A DNA stretch of 64,000 nucleotides from a bacterium (GCA_021162885.1 JAGGXV010000022.1:57571-121570), one strand, 5' to 3'. Numbered from the stretch's first letter, positions 7,682 to 17,968 are shown. Notes: generated by a model from the letters alone, not told the origin. Numbers and translations: made by a program.

Positions 7682-10237
7682 TTATCTTTTAGTAATGATT
7701 AAACTAAAATTTTTAGGATTAACCTTAACCATATCTCCCCTTTTTAACTTACCACTTAAAATTGCCGTTGCCAAGACATTTTCTACTTTATCTTGAATTA
7801 CTCTCCGCATCTCCCGTGCTCCAAATTCTGGGGAATAGCCAAGCTCTGCAATTTTCTCTTTTAATCCTTGAGTAATCTCAAATTCTATCCCCTTATCTCT
7901 TAAATTTTCCGCCAACTTTTTAAGCATTAACTGGGCAATATCTAAAAGATTTTCTCGAGAGAGAGGTTTAAAAACAACTATTGCATCAAAACGGTTAATA
8001 AATTCTGGTCGAAAAATTCCTTTTTTCAAAAGATAGTCCAAAAGATCTTCCTTGATAATATCCAATTTTTTATCTTCAGCAATGTCTTCTCTAATAACCT
8101 CTGCTCCCGCATTACTGGTAGCAATAATAATAGTATTTCTAAAATCGACTTTTCTCCCATCTCCTCCGGTCACCCATCCTTCATCTAAAACTTGTAAAAA
8201 CAAATTTAAGATATTTGGATGGGCTTTTTCAATTTCATCAAAAAGAATTAAAGAAAATGGATTTTCCCTAACCGGAGTTGTCAAAAGTCCTTCTTGTTCC
8301 CTGCTTCCAATCAATCTTTTGATATCGCGAAGATTCTGAAACTCTGACATATCTAATCTTATCATTTTTTCTTCTCCTTTAAAATAGATAGCGCTTAAGG
8401 CCTTTGAGGTTTCGGTTTTGCCAACTCCAGTGGGTCCAAGAAACAAAAAACTGCCTATCGGTCGGTTTCTCACTTGAATCTCTGCTCTGGCTCTTCTCAA
8501 AGCAGCACTTATTTCTTTAACCGCCTCTTGCTGGTCAATAATTCTTTGATGAATTAATTTTTCTAAATTCAACAAAATCTCTTTCTCTCTAACTTCAAGT
8601 TTTTCTAATGGCATTTCAATTCTTTCTGAAACTACTTTCTTAATATGTTCTGGCAACAGAACCGGACTTTTGGTTTCTCTGCTTAAATAAACCATTGCTT
8701 CATCCAAAACATCAATGGCTTTTTTGGGAAAGGGAATATCAGTAATATATCGAGCCCCCAATCTTAAAATTTCCCGCAAGGCCTTGTAACCAATAAATCT
8801 TTTGAATTTTCTTTCAAAAAAAGGAACGTAATTTTCCAAAAATCGCAAAGTTTCAGCTTGAGAAAGCTCTGATACTTCAACCTTCTCAAAAAGATTTAAG
8901 AGAGAAGGATTCCTTTCAATGATTCGGTGAAGACCATCGTAAGTGGTAATAGCAATAATTTGAAAGGTAGAAAGAGGCAAATAGCGAGCCAAAACCTTAG
9001 AGACATTTATTGTTCCTGGTTTTGGAATTTCAGAAACGAAATTATGAAATTTATCAATAACCAAAATTACATTCCCGGCCCTGACTGCTTCAGCAAAACA
9101 GCTATCTAAAGTGGTTTCGGCTTGCTCAAAAGAACGAATTTGGGCAGCCAAACCGGTGAGGTCAAAATCTAAAACTCTTTTGTAATTTATAGTTGGTGAC
9201 CCTTTTCCTAATAAGGCTTTTTGAGCTAACCCTTCAACAATACTTTTCCTCCCTACTCCTGGTTCCCCAACCAACAAAACATTATTCTGTTCGGTTTTTT
9301 CTAATATCCTCTCAATTTGTTCAAGTTCTTTTTGATGACCAATAATTTCTCTGAAACCTGTTCTTTTTAACTTCTCTCTCAAATCTAAAGAATAAGTATC
9401 CAAGTTCAAAGTAAAACCAGCGGCCCAATCTCGGCCAATCGAACCTTTCTTCAATAAATTCTCATACTCCCAAAACTTCTTAGATTTTGAAACTCTCTTC
9501 TCTACCCTCTCAAACCAATCGGCTAAATTCTTAATATCCTCTTTTTTAAGGTCTTCCTCAATTAAAATTTTTTGAAAAAACGGATCATTTTCAGCAAAAC
9601 TTATCAAAATATCCCCTACTCCAATTCTTCCTTTTCCTCTCTGAAAAGCAATTTTTCCAGCAGTAAACAAAATATCTTCAAAATCGTCTCTGGTATCTTT
9701 TCCTTTTTTAATTTCCCTTAAAATTTTTTTGAGAGATTTTTTTATTGCTTTTAAATTCAATTCCCCTCGACCAAAAATAAAATCAATTTCTTTGTTTTTG
9801 CTTTTCAATAAAGAATATAACAAAGCGGGTCGCAGAATTTTTCTGACCTTCTTTCTTTTGGCAAATTTTAAAGTTGAGAAACAAACTTTCGCTGCTTCAA
9901 AATCCAAAAAGCCAGCAAAATTAAACTCCTCTGGCCTGAGGAGAGCTTCTGAAAGTGGATACTTCAATTTTGGTCTTCTCAATTTTCCTTCAAAAAAGAG
10001 ATCAACTTGCCAAAAAAAGACCAAAAAAGTTAAAGAAAAAAGAAATCCTCCAAAAAATCTGGCCGCAGCATTTTCTGAAAGAACTCCAGTAAAAACTCCA
10101 ACTAAAAATACCGAAAAAAAAGCCAAAGTCAAAACAAAAAACAAAATCTTAAAAAACCTCCGCTTTTTAAATATCAGATGTCTTTCCCATTTCACTGCCT
10201 GATAAATCCCAGTGGCTTTTAAATTAAAGTTAATCAT
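7682..10237 (-). CDS. Clp-family AAA+ ATPase (ClpA/ClpB/ClpC-like, two nucleotide-binding domains) with N-terminal membrane segments
   Basis: 851 aa. D1 Walker A VLLVGEPGVGRKSIVEGLAQK. D2 Walker A FLFLGPTGVGKTETSKALS. Sensor ILFDEIEKAHPNILNLFLQVLDEG. N-terminal 90 aa hydrophobic (FFKILFFVLTLAFFSVFLVGVFTGVL...). Confidence 0.75.
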   Translation of the reverse strand: MINFNLKATGIYQAVKWERHLIFKKRRFFKILFFVLTLAFFSVFLVGVFTGVLSENAAARFFGGFLFSLTFLVFFWQVDLFFEGKLRRPKLKYPLSEALLRPEEFNFAGFLDFEAAKVCFSTLKFAKRKKVRKILRPALLYSLLKSKNKEIDFIFGRGELNLKAIKKSLKKILREIKKGKDTRDDFEDILFTAGKIAFQRGKGRIGVGDILISFAENDPFFQKILIEEDLKKEDIKNLADWFERVEKRVSKSKKFWEYENLLKKGSIGRDWAAGFTLNLDTYSLDLREKLKRTGFREIIGHQKELEQIERILEKTEQNNVLLVGEPGVGRKSIVEGLAQKALLGKGSPTINYKRVLDFDLTGLAAQIRSFEQAETTLDSCFAEAVRAGNVILVIDKFHNFVSEIPKPGTINVSKVLARYLPLSTFQIIAITTYDGLHRIIERNPSLLNLFEKVEVSELSQAETLRFLENYVPFFERKFKRFIGYKALREILRLGARYITDIPFPKKAIDVLDEAMVYLSRETKSPVLLPEHIKKVVSERIEMPLEKLEVREKEILLNLEKLIHQRIIDQQEAVKEISAALRRARAEIQVRNRPIGSFLFLGPTGVGKTETSKALSAIYFKGEEKMIRLDMSEFQNLRDIKRLIGSREQEGLLTTPVRENPFSLILFDEIEKAHPNILNLFLQVLDEGWVTGGDGRKVDFRNTIIIATSNAGAEVIREDIAEDKKLDIIKEDLLDYLLKKGIFRPEFINRFDAIVVFKPLSRENLLDIAQLMLKKLAENLRDKGIEFEITQGLKEKIAELGYSPEFGAREMRRVIQDKVENVLATAILSGKLKRGDMVKVNPKNFSLIITKR

Positions 10238-10295
10238 ATAGCTTCCCTAACGCGCCAGGGTAGTTGCCCAAGCAACTTAGCCGAGCGTTCTTAAC

Positions 10296-10694
10296 TTAAA
10301 TTAAAAATTTTAAACCAAAATAAAAACCCAAAATCAGTAAAATTGGCGAAAATAACCAAACTAAGAAAACAATTAGGCCTGCCAAAAAAATAGCAACTTC
10401 AATCACTAACCCAATAATAATCACCACGGTCCGAACCAAAGCCCCCAAAATGCGAGAAATCATATTGCCAACAAAAACGCTGAAATATCTCTTAATGTCA
10501 AATCCTCGAGGATAAAACTCCCGATACCTTCGCCAATGAGAGAAAAGAGTTTTCGCCAAAAGTCCGATTGAAAAATAATTAAAATTAAAAACTAAAAAAT
10601 TCTTGAATGCTTTCAAAATTCCTTTTGGGGCATCGTAAAAATGCCAAACCAACAATTTCAAAAATATATTCCTTTTAGGTGATGCCTCAATCAT
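10296..10694 (-). CDS. hypothetical small membrane protein
   Basis: 132 aa, two to three hydrophobic helices. Confidence 0.35.
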   Translation of the reverse strand: MIEASPKRNIFLKLLVWHFYDAPKGILKAFKNFLVFNFNYFSIGLLAKTLFSHWRRYREFYPRGFDIKRYFSVFVGNMISRILGALVRTVVIIIGLVIEVAIFLAGLIVFLVWLFSPILLILGFYFGLKFLI

Positions 10695-10768
10695 TTTAAC
10701 TCAACTTTTTATAATTCCTATTATTTTTCACGATCGTAAACAACGGTAGAATTGATATTTTAGTTATT

Positions 10769-11104
10769 TCACAAAAGTTTAATTCCTAAACTTGATAATT
10801 TTCCAGCCCCAAAAACTAAAATCCCCATAAAAATCGACCAGGCAATCAAATTAAAAAGTTTTGGCAGGAAATCCGAAGGTAACATCTTCTCAAACTGTTC
10901 TTTGATAACCTGTTGCATTTGTTCTTGCATTTGTCCTTCAAGACCAGCTTTCTCTTGCTTCAAAGAAACCTCCTCTGCTTCTGGAGTTTTAAAAATCTCA
11001 TATGGGGGCTTTTTAGCCGTAAAAATCTCAAAAGACGACCAAATCCCCCAAATTATCACCAAAACCCCTATCAAAAAGAGAGTCCAGCCAATTACCTTTT
11101 TCAT
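10769..11104 (-). CDS. hypothetical small membrane protein
   Basis: 111 aa, TM helices at both ends, Q/E-rich middle. Confidence 0.35.
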   Translation of the reverse strand: MKKVIGWTLFLIGVLVIIWGIWSSFEIFTAKKPPYEIFKTPEAEEVSLKQEKAGLEGQMQEQMQQVIKEQFEKMLPSDFLPKLFNLIAWSIFMGILVFGAGKLSSLGIKLL

Positions 11105-11237
11105 AGTTTTAGAAAATTACTGACCTTTATTAAATTATATCAAATTAATTGTAAACAAAAAAGGAGAGGAAGAATAGAATCTTTAAAAAGATTTCCCTTC
11201 ACTCTCCTTGATTCAACCTTGCCTTTTCCCTTGGGAC

Positions 11238-11510
11238 TTACTTCTGTTCATCAAGTATCTCTTGATAGATTCCGATAATCAGTCCATGGAGCTTCTCCGG
11301 GTTAACCCCTATCTGCTTTGCCACATTGGGGATTTCCCGTTTTAAGCTCCCAAGTTTTACCTGACGCTCAGCCAGAAAAAACTTGAGTACTTCTCGTTCT
11401 AAATTTTTAGCCACTCTTTTCCACCTCCTTTTTTTATTTTTTGTACCCGAAAAATTATTAAGGTGCTTGGAAGGACTCCTAGGAATGGATTCCTTTCTTC
11501 GTCTTTCCAT
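11238..11510 (-). CDS. hypothetical basic small protein (possible HTH)
   Basis: 90 aa, very basic N-terminus (KKRRWKR); possible helix-turn-helix REVLKFFLAERQVKLGSLKREIPNVAKQIG. Confidence 0.3.
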   Translation of the reverse strand: MERRRKESIPRSPSKHLNNFSGTKNKKRRWKRVAKNLEREVLKFFLAERQVKLGSLKREIPNVAKQIGVNPEKLHGLIIGIYQEILDEQK

Positions 11511-11563
11511 CTAAATTATAGAAAAAAATTGCCCCTGTCAAGGACAATTTTGTTATTTCTTAG

Positions 11564-11665
11564 TTGAAATTTTGCATTTTACAAATTCAATTCCAATTTT
11601 ATTTTTTATTTTCACTTTTATTTTCAGTTTTTATTTTCACTTTTATTTTCACTTTCCCTCCAAAC
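11564..11665. repeat. tandem TTTTATTTTCAC(T) repeat (4-5 units), AT-rich intergenic
   Basis: ttttattttcacttttattttcagtttttattttcacttttattttcac. Confidence 0.6.
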
Positions 11666-11707
11666 ATTCATTCAATAATTCGAGACGATCGCACCGAATT
11701 ACAGAAT

Positions 11708-12280
11708 CTATCTGTTGAAAGTCGATTTAAGGTTAAAATGTTGTTTAAGGTCAGAGTCATTATCTATTTTTTCTATTACCAAAAATCTAATGTCTCCACC
11801 AAAATCTCTCTTCCATAATTTAAGTAAGGTTTTTAACTCTCTTTCGAAATCAAATGGCGCAACCCAAACACTTTTTTGAAGCTCTCGGAAACCCATCTGA
11901 TAAAGCTCTTTTCTTAAAAAGTTTCTATCCCTTCTATCCAATTCAGGTATATCAAAAATAATACCTCGCCATTTTCCATCCCATTTTTTAACTTTTCCCT
12001 TATTTCTTTTTTTAATTATCAATTTGATAATCTTTTCTCTTCCTTTTTGAGTAAGATAAAGTTTGTCATTTTTATATTTAAAATATTTACTTCTTTTCAA
12101 ATAAGAAATATCTTTAGACAACCGTGGTTTAGAATAGCTACCAAATGGCCCTTCTCCCCTCAGAAAACGATGAGGATCAATTGCTATGGTTGCCCCTAAA
12201 CTTAGAAGCCCTACTGAAGTTTCGCCCAAATAAACCAAAATCTTTTTAATTAATGAATCTTCTTTAAATGGTTTAGCCAT
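11708..12280 (-). CDS. PaaX-family-like regulator domain protein (Cas2-like fold)
   Basis: 190 aa. WDGKWRGIIFDIPELDRRDRNFLRKELYQMGFRELQKSVWVAPFD matches the PaaX C-terminal / Cas2-like core motif W.G.W..v.fDipE...R..LR..L...Gf..LQ.SVw. Confidence 0.4.
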   Translation of the reverse strand: MAKPFKEDSLIKKILVYLGETSVGLLSLGATIAIDPHRFLRGEGPFGSYSKPRLSKDISYLKRSKYFKYKNDKLYLTQKGREKIIKLIIKKRNKGKVKKWDGKWRGIIFDIPELDRRDRNFLRKELYQMGFRELQKSVWVAPFDFERELKTLLKLWKRDFGGDIRFLVIEKIDNDSDLKQHFNLKSTFNR

Positions 12281-12440
12281 AAAAACTATCTCTCTTTTTC
12301 TATAATTGCAGACGATCGTCGCAAATAATAGAATAACTTTAGTTTAATTATAACCTATAACTAATTATTAACATACAACTATACAAAAATATAAGATAAA
12401 AATATAAGGTTAGAAATACAAAAATTAAAAAAATAAAAAA

Positions 12441-12514
12441 TGGGCGGTAGTGGATTTGAACCACTGACCTCACGTATGTGAAACGTACGCTCTTACCAAC
12501 TGAGCTAACCGCCC
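12441..12514 (-). tRNA. tRNA-Val (anticodon CAC)
   Basis: Minus strand GGGCGGTTAGCTCAGTTGGTAAGAGCGTACGTTTCACATACGTGAGGTCAGTGGTTCAAATCCACTACCGCCCA: cloverleaf with anticodon loop TTCACAT and T-loop TTCAAAT. Confidence 0.8.
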
Positions 12515-12553
12515 TCCTTATAGTTTAATGCATTTATTTTTTAGTGTAAAGCG

Positions 12554-13489
12554 TTGTATAATGAAATTAAGATGAGGTTTTTTGAATTTCATTTTAATCC
12601 TGTTAAATTCCACGAAACGGGAATTTCGCTGAAGGCGAAATTATTTAACAGGGTGAATCCCCAAATTAAAAAAGAAGATACTATCTTTGATAGTTTTTGT
12701 TTTGTACCAGAAACAAAGGCAGAGGAAGATTTGGGATATTTGTATTTAATTGGAGAACTAAAAAATGCCTTACCCAAAAAAAATGAAGATCTTTTAACTA
12801 ATCTTGCTGAAATTATTAAACAAAAATACTATAAACTCCCTTTGGAATCACCGGGCGATAACTTCAAACAAAGTTTGGAGAAAGCCAATGAATTTTTAGC
12901 TCAAGAGATTAAAAAAGAAAATGTGAGTTGGCTGGGAAACTTAAACTTTGCTGTCGTTTCTTTAACTCCAGATTTCTTAATCAATTTCTCTAAAGTTGGC
13001 AATTTGAAAATTCTTCTTTTGAGAAATAAAGAAATTTTTGATATTGGGGAGCAAATAAACTCTGTTCCCTCCCCCGCTAAAACATTTCCCAATGTTGTTG
13101 AGGGAAAATTAGAAAAAGGTGATAAAATATTGTTGCTAACCCAAGAGCCTTTTGAGGTTTTTAAAAAAGAAGAGATTCTCCAAAACTTAACCGATATCAA
13201 AAAACCAAGAAAAATAAAAAAGATTTTCAAAGAAAAAAAGAAAATCTTAAAAGAAATTTTTGGTGCTTGTCTTTTGATAATTCCTGAAAAAAAGGGAATT
13301 TTAACCAGAAAGATTTATCTCCCCAAAATCCTCCCCAGCGTTAATTTGCGAGGACCGTTCAAGATTTTTAACTTTCCACAAAAAATTTTCTCTCAATCTC
13401 CTGTCTTGCAAGAAAAATTCAAAAAAGCCTCGCTTGCCATTTTAATTTTAATTATTGTTTTAGTTCTTGGCTGGTTAATTTTTAGATGA
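12554..13489 (+). CDS. hypothetical protein with C-terminal TM anchor
   Basis: 311 aa; C-terminal hydrophobic SLAILILIIVLVLGWLIF; no recognisable domain. Confidence 0.35.
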   Translation: MYNEIKMRFFEFHFNPVKFHETGISLKAKLFNRVNPQIKKEDTIFDSFCFVPETKAEEDLGYLYLIGELKNALPKKNEDLLTNLAEIIKQKYYKLPLESPGDNFKQSLEKANEFLAQEIKKENVSWLGNLNFAVVSLTPDFLINFSKVGNLKILLLRNKEIFDIGEQINSVPSPAKTFPNVVEGKLEKGDKILLLTQEPFEVFKKEEILQNLTDIKKPRKIKKIFKEKKKILKEIFGACLLIIPEKKGILTRKIYLPKILPSVNLRGPFKIFNFPQKIFSQSPVLQEKFKKASLAILILIIVLVLGWLIFR

Positions 13490-13521
13490 GAAAAAATCAA
13501 AAATGGCAAGTCATAGTTATG

Positions 13522-13959
13522 TTATGGCCTGCCATTTAAATTTAATCTCTTTCTCATCTTTTTCAACTCTGAAATTAGCTCTTCAATTCCGCTTCGTATT
13601 CTTATCTCCTGTGTGATAATCACAGAAGTATCCTCTTTTTCTAAAGATTGCATTTTTTGTTTAACCTCTTTCAACCTTTTTTCCGTGTGATATAAAAAAT
13701 CTCTCACCTCTTGTATTTTTGTTTTTGAAAGCAATTCTTCTATCCATTCAAGTTTCCTTCTTATCTTTTCTTTCTCTGCTTCTTCAGTTTTCTTTGCTTT
13801 TTCTAATTCCTTGACCTTTCTTTTTAAAGTTTTTATTCGTTTTCTTCTTAATTTCGCTGCGAGACCATCTTTTCTTTTCATCTCTCTCCACGCCTCCTCT
13901 AAAATTCTTTTTTGGTCAGGATTTCTTATTCCTATAAAAATGGGTAATTTAAAGAACAT
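13522..13959 (-). CDS. hypothetical basic coiled-coil protein
   Basis: 145 aa, K/E/R-rich heptads. Confidence 0.35.
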   Translation of the reverse strand: MFFKLPIFIGIRNPDQKRILEEAWREMKRKDGLAAKLRRKRIKTLKRKVKELEKAKKTEEAEKEKIRRKLEWIEELLSKTKIQEVRDFLYHTEKRLKEVKQKMQSLEKEDTSVIITQEIRIRSGIEELISELKKMRKRLNLNGRP

Positions 13960-14049
13960 TTTAATCGCCTCCTCAGATATTTTAAAATTAAAACAGTGGT
14001 ACTTCTCTATTCAAAATACCACTGTTTCTAAAAATGTCAACGACTAATC

Positions 14050-14595
14050 TTATTTTAGTTCAACTTTTGCGCCTGCTTGCTCAAATTTCTTTTTTATCTC
14101 TTCTGCCTCTTCTTTCTTTACATTCTCTTTAATCATCTGCGGCTCTTTTTCTGCAGCGTCAACTAAATCTTTTGATTCCTTCAATCCTTTTTGAGTGATA
14201 TCTCGAACAACTTTTATCACTTCAATTTTTTTAGCACCAACCTCTTGGAGCTCAATGTTAAAAACAGTTTTTTCTTCAGCAACCGCTTCTGTTGAAGCTG
14301 CTCCTCCACCAGCAGGAGATGAACTAACCACTTGAGGAATAGCCGAAACTCCAAATTTCTCTTCTAAAATTTTAACTAATTCTGCCAAATCAACAACTTT
14401 CATCTTCTCGATTTCTTCAACTATTTTTTTGAATTTCTCTGGCACTTTAACTTCTTTCGGTTTTTCTTCTTTTTCTTCTGGTGTTTTCTCTTTTATTTCC
14501 TGTTTTGGAGCTTCTTCTTTTTTAGGCTCTTTTTCTTTTTTAGCTTCTTCTTCTTTTTTCTTTTCTTCAGCCATAATTTTGTTAATACATTTCAA
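14050..14595 (-). CDS. rplL: 50S ribosomal protein L7/L12 with K/E-rich N-terminal extension
   Basis: [73 protein letters not shown]. Track start is TTG; about 60 aa KE-rich leader. Confidence 0.8.
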   Translation of the reverse strand: MKCINKIMAEEKKKEEEAKKEKEPKKEEAPKQEIKEKTPEEKEEKPKEVKVPEKFKKIVEEIEKMKVVDLAELVKILEEKFGVSAIPQVVSSSPAGGGAASTEAVAEEKTVFNIELQEVGAKKIEVIKVVRDITQKGLKESKDLVDAAEKEPQMIKENVKKEEAEEIKKKFEQAGAKVELK

Positions 14596-14627
14596 GCGAC
14601 CGCTTAAAATGTTATTACAATTAAATT

Positions 14628-15155
14628 TTACTGAGTGACCTTTATTTGGCTCAAAATATAAATTAGTTTTCTCAAATTTCCTTTTAAAATGTTCGCCAGT
14701 CCTGAAATTGGACTTTGTAAACTCCCAACTAATCTTGCCAAAAATTCTTCTCTTGTAGGAAGCTGAGCTATTTCCATTACTTTTTCTGGAGTCAAAAACT
14801 CATTTCCCAAAATTCCCCCCAGAATTTTCAAATTCTCATTGTCTTTGGCAATCTTGTAGCAAATTCTAAAAGGCGCTATTTCATCTTCAAACCCAAAAGC
14901 CAAAGCCAGCTGCCCTTTAATTTTTTCAATTTCTTCCAAAAAATCTTCTTTTTTTAAATTCTTGAGAATATTTTTTAATAAAGTTTTTTTGACAACCTGA
15001 AAAGAACCTTCCAACTCTTTTAGCTCTTCTCTTAATTGCCAGAGGATTGGAGCTTGTAAGCCGCTAAAATCAACAAAAACAATTGATTTCTGCTTCTGGA
15101 TTTTTTCTTTTAAGTCCTCAATTATTTTTTGTTTTTGTTCTCTACTCTTTGCCAT
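14628..15155 (-). CDS. rplJ: 50S ribosomal protein L10
   Basis: [35 protein letters not shown]... is a typical L10 N-terminus. Track ORF starts at an upstream TTG inside the leader; ATG for MAKSREQ is at about 15155. Confidence 0.85.
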   Translation of the reverse strand: MAKSREQKQKIIEDLKEKIQKQKSIVFVDFSGLQAPILWQLREELKELEGSFQVVKKTLLKNILKNLKKEDFLEEIEKIKGQLALAFGFEDEIAPFRICYKIAKDNENLKILGGILGNEFLTPEKVMEIAQLPTREEFLARLVGSLQSPISGLANILKGNLRKLIYILSQIKVTQ

Positions 15156-15331
15156 ACTAAATAAAGAAAAAATGTCTACACCGTAGACATTAATATTACT
15201 TTTGCCTCGATAGGATTTATTTACCCTGTGAAACAATTTCGCTTCAGTAAAATTCTTTTAAAAACCATCGAGTTTCAATTTAACAGGGTAAACCTATTGT
15301 CTACGGCTATCTTATTTAACTATACACTAAT
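15156..15331 (-). promoter_or_regulatory. candidate ribosomal-protein L10 (rplJL) leader RNA
   Basis: Structured 5' UTR directly upstream of rplJ. Hairpin tgtctacaccgtagaca. Long stem tttaccctgtgaaacaatttcgcttcagtaaaattcttttaaaaaccatcgagtttcaatttaacagggtaaa. Confidence 0.45.
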
Positions 15332-15886
15332 TTAAAAATTTTGCAATACCCTAACAATTGTCTCCCCAAATTTCCTTGCTGCTTCCGGCCCGTTTGCCGT
15401 AATAATTTTTCCATCAATTGCTACTTGCTCAGCTTGATAATTTGCCCCTTCCTCTTTTAAAATTTTAACCGCTGATTTGTCTAATCTGCTTGACCAAACC
15501 GTTGCCTTTTTGTCTTTTAAAACCCCAGCCCTTGCTAATATTGCTGGTGCAATACAAATTGCTCCAAGAAGTTTATTTTGAGAAACCGCTTCCTTGGCAA
15601 TTTTATGACATCTTTCATCGTTTATATATTTTGCTGCCCCCGATCCTCCAACAAAAACAATTACATCAAAATCTCGAACATCCAATTCATCTAAACTTAA
15701 ATCTACATTTACCACTCCCCCATAACTCCCTATCGCTTTCTCTTTTTTACTGCTCACAATTTTAACTTGAGCTCTTGCTGCTAAAAAAATACTCCGAGGA
15801 ATAAAAAGTTCTTCGTCTCGAAAATCCTGCTGAGCAATTATCATCGCAATTTTTTTATTGTTTTTTTTGTTTGAAAATTGAGTCAT
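15332..15886 (-). CDS. DJ-1/PfpI family protein (class I glutamine amidotransferase-like)
   Basis: KKIAMIIAQQDFRDEE...DVIVFVGGSGA...LLGAICIAPAILARAG (nucleophile-elbow Cys). Track N-terminal extension (EFSIFNYQFS) is a translation of the GAAAATT repeat; start at MTQFSNKK (about 15886) or MIIAQ (about 15844). Confidence 0.75.
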   Translation of the reverse strand: MTQFSNKKNNKKIAMIIAQQDFRDEELFIPRSIFLAARAQVKIVSSKKEKAIGSYGGVVNVDLSLDELDVRDFDVIVFVGGSGAAKYINDERCHKIAKEAVSQNKLLGAICIAPAILARAGVLKDKKATVWSSRLDKSAVKILKEEGANYQAEQVAIDGKIITANGPEAARKFGETIVRVLQNF

Positions 15887-15914
15887 TGAAAATTGATAAT
15901 TGAAAATTGAAAAT

Positions 15915-16964
15915 TCACTGTAAATATTTCGCTCTAGCAATGTTATGTTCTCTCAAAGTTTTACTAAAGATGACTTCTCCTTCAGGTGTTGTCAAATAGA
16001 ACCAATAAGGACTGTCTTTATAATAAACTGCGGCTCGGATAGCTTCAAGTCCAGGATTACAAATGGGGCCAAGGGGCAAGCCATAATATTTATAGGTATT
16101 CCAGGGAGAATCAATATTCATATCTTCTTTAGTTAACTCCGAGCTGGCTTTACCAGTCAGATAGGTTAAAGTCGCGTCAACTTGCAAAGGCCAACCACTT
16201 CTTAATCTTTTCCACAAAATTCCAGCTGCTACTTGACGATCCTCATAACTTTTTATTTCGTCTTCCAATAAAGAAGCCATAGTTAAAACTTCATGTAAAG
16301 TTTTACCCTGAGAGGCAATTTCTTCTCGTAAATCAGGGGTAATTTTTTGCTCGAAATTCTGAAGCATTTTTCTGACAATCTCCCCTACTGGTGCTGCCGG
16401 ATCAATCTCATAAGTATCGGGGAAAAGATAACCTTCCAAACTCACCTCATTTGGTTTCTCTTTTAAAAATTCAAACTCCTCAGAAAAATCCATTGGCTGA
16501 GGCAAGTCAGAAACCTTCGTATAATCAACGGCCGGGAACCCAGTCACCTCAAAAAGTTCTTCGGCCTGAAACATACCCTTGTTTTCAAAATACCAACCAA
16601 TATCTCTCAAATCCCAACCTTCAATAATAGTAATTTTTTCTTTAATTGTGTCGCCCTGAGTTAACTTGTTGAGTATCTGAGGAATATTCATTGACGAGGT
16701 CAAATTATATTTGCCTGCTTGAAGTTTTCTGGCTGAGTTCAACGCCAAAGCAGATAACTCAAACAAAAATCTGGATTTAACCAGGCCTTGTTTTTCCAAA
16801 TCAGAAGCAATGTCTCGCAAACTTTGCCCTTTTTCAACTGAAAAGAGAATTTCAGTTTGGGTTCCGGGTTCTTTGGGCAAATAAATTCCTTGCCAAAGCC
16901 AAGCCCCAATCAAAATCAAAACTAAAATAATTAGAATATAATATTTTTTAGAAAATTTTCTCAT
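15915..16964 (-). CDS. mltG: endolytic murein transglycosylase MltG (YceG family)
   Basis: 349 aa. N-terminal TM. YLFPDTYEI and SPWNTYKYYGLPLGPICNPGLEAIRAAVY are YceG-like motifs. Confidence 0.8.
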   Translation of the reverse strand: MRKFSKKYYILIILVLILIGAWLWQGIYLPKEPGTQTEILFSVEKGQSLRDIASDLEKQGLVKSRFLFELSALALNSARKLQAGKYNLTSSMNIPQILNKLTQGDTIKEKITIIEGWDLRDIGWYFENKGMFQAEELFEVTGFPAVDYTKVSDLPQPMDFSEEFEFLKEKPNEVSLEGYLFPDTYEIDPAAPVGEIVRKMLQNFEQKITPDLREEIASQGKTLHEVLTMASLLEDEIKSYEDRQVAAGILWKRLRSGWPLQVDATLTYLTGKASSELTKEDMNIDSPWNTYKYYGLPLGPICNPGLEAIRAAVYYKDSPYWFYLTTPEGEVIFSKTLREHNIARAKYLQ

Positions 16965-16977
16965 AATTTATTATCAA

Positions 16978-17625
16978 TTACCTGTCACCTGTCACCAGAG
17001 GCACAAAAGCAAAGCCAGGATATTCTTTTGATTTAAATTTCATTTCTGAAATTTTCTCAAAAAGCCAGATGGAAGAACCAATCGGACTGACAATCTTGCC
17101 ACCAATTTTCAATTGAGTTTTCCACGCTGGAGGTATCTCTTTTGCCTCAGCCGAACACAAAATTTTATCAAAAGGAGCCTCTTTCCAATAACCCTTGGAG
17201 CCATCAGCACAAATAAATTCAACAATCCCCTTCTCTATATAATTATACTTAGAAACATTTCTTTCTCCAAACTCTTTTAATTCAGGCACTATTTCAATCG
17301 CAATCACCTTTCCGTTTCCGTCAATTTTTGATTTTAGCTCTTTTTCGCTCACTACGTAAGCGAGAAGAGCTGTTGTCCAGCCCGAGCCAGCCCCTACATC
17401 CAAAACTTTATCACCTTTTTCTGGAGCCAAAAGCTCTATCATAAAAGCCACCACCAATGGCTGAGAAATGGTTTGACCGTAACCAATAGACAAAGCCTCA
17501 TTCAATTCAGCCAAATCTTTCATATCCTCTGGCAAAAAATCAACTCTTTTTATTTTGCGGAAAGCTTCAATAATCCTTGGAGTCCGTAACCACCCTCCTT
17601 CAATTAAAGAATCAATTAGTCTCAT
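16978..17625 (-). CDS. pcm: protein-L-isoaspartate O-methyltransferase
   Basis: RVDFLPEDMKDLAELNEALSIGYGQTISQPLVVAFMIELLAPEKGDKVLDVGAGSGWTTALLA is the PIMT signature. Confidence 0.85.
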   Translation of the reverse strand: MRLIDSLIEGGWLRTPRIIEAFRKIKRVDFLPEDMKDLAELNEALSIGYGQTISQPLVVAFMIELLAPEKGDKVLDVGAGSGWTTALLAYVVSEKELKSKIDGNGKVIAIEIVPELKEFGERNVSKYNYIEKGIVEFICADGSKGYWKEAPFDKILCSAEAKEIPPAWKTQLKIGGKIVSPIGSSIWLFEKISEMKFKSKEYPGFAFVPLVTGDR

Positions 17626-17630
17626 TTCTA

Positions 17631-17963
17631 TTATTTGCGACGATCGTCGAGTTTTATAGAATTATCTTTAGGATAAAAAGAGGATTTTTTGATGATGATT
17701 TTGTAAATACTTTCGATAAAGTCGCCCCCGGCATACCCGACGATAAAAGCCAGAGCGGGAGTAAAAAAACTCTGATACGTAAACCCAATTTCCTTAACAG
17801 CAGCCGCTACCGATATTCCGATTATCCCCGATAAAAAACTCATCCCCAAAAAATATTTCAAGTTAAAAGGAACATCTTTATAGCTAAATTGATGCTTAAT
17901 AAACCCAATTAATCCCCTTACCACTCCGCCAAAAAATCCAGCGATTAAAACAGAAAAATACAT
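17631..17963 (-). CDS. hypothetical small membrane protein
   Basis: 110 aa with 3 TM helices (GxxxG-rich). Confidence 0.4.
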   Translation of the reverse strand: MYFSVLIAGFFGGVVRGLIGFIKHQFSYKDVPFNLKYFLGMSFLSGIIGISVAAAVKEIGFTYQSFFTPALAFIVGYAGGDFIESIYKIIIKKSSFYPKDNSIKLDDRRK

Positions 17964-17968
17964 AAATT

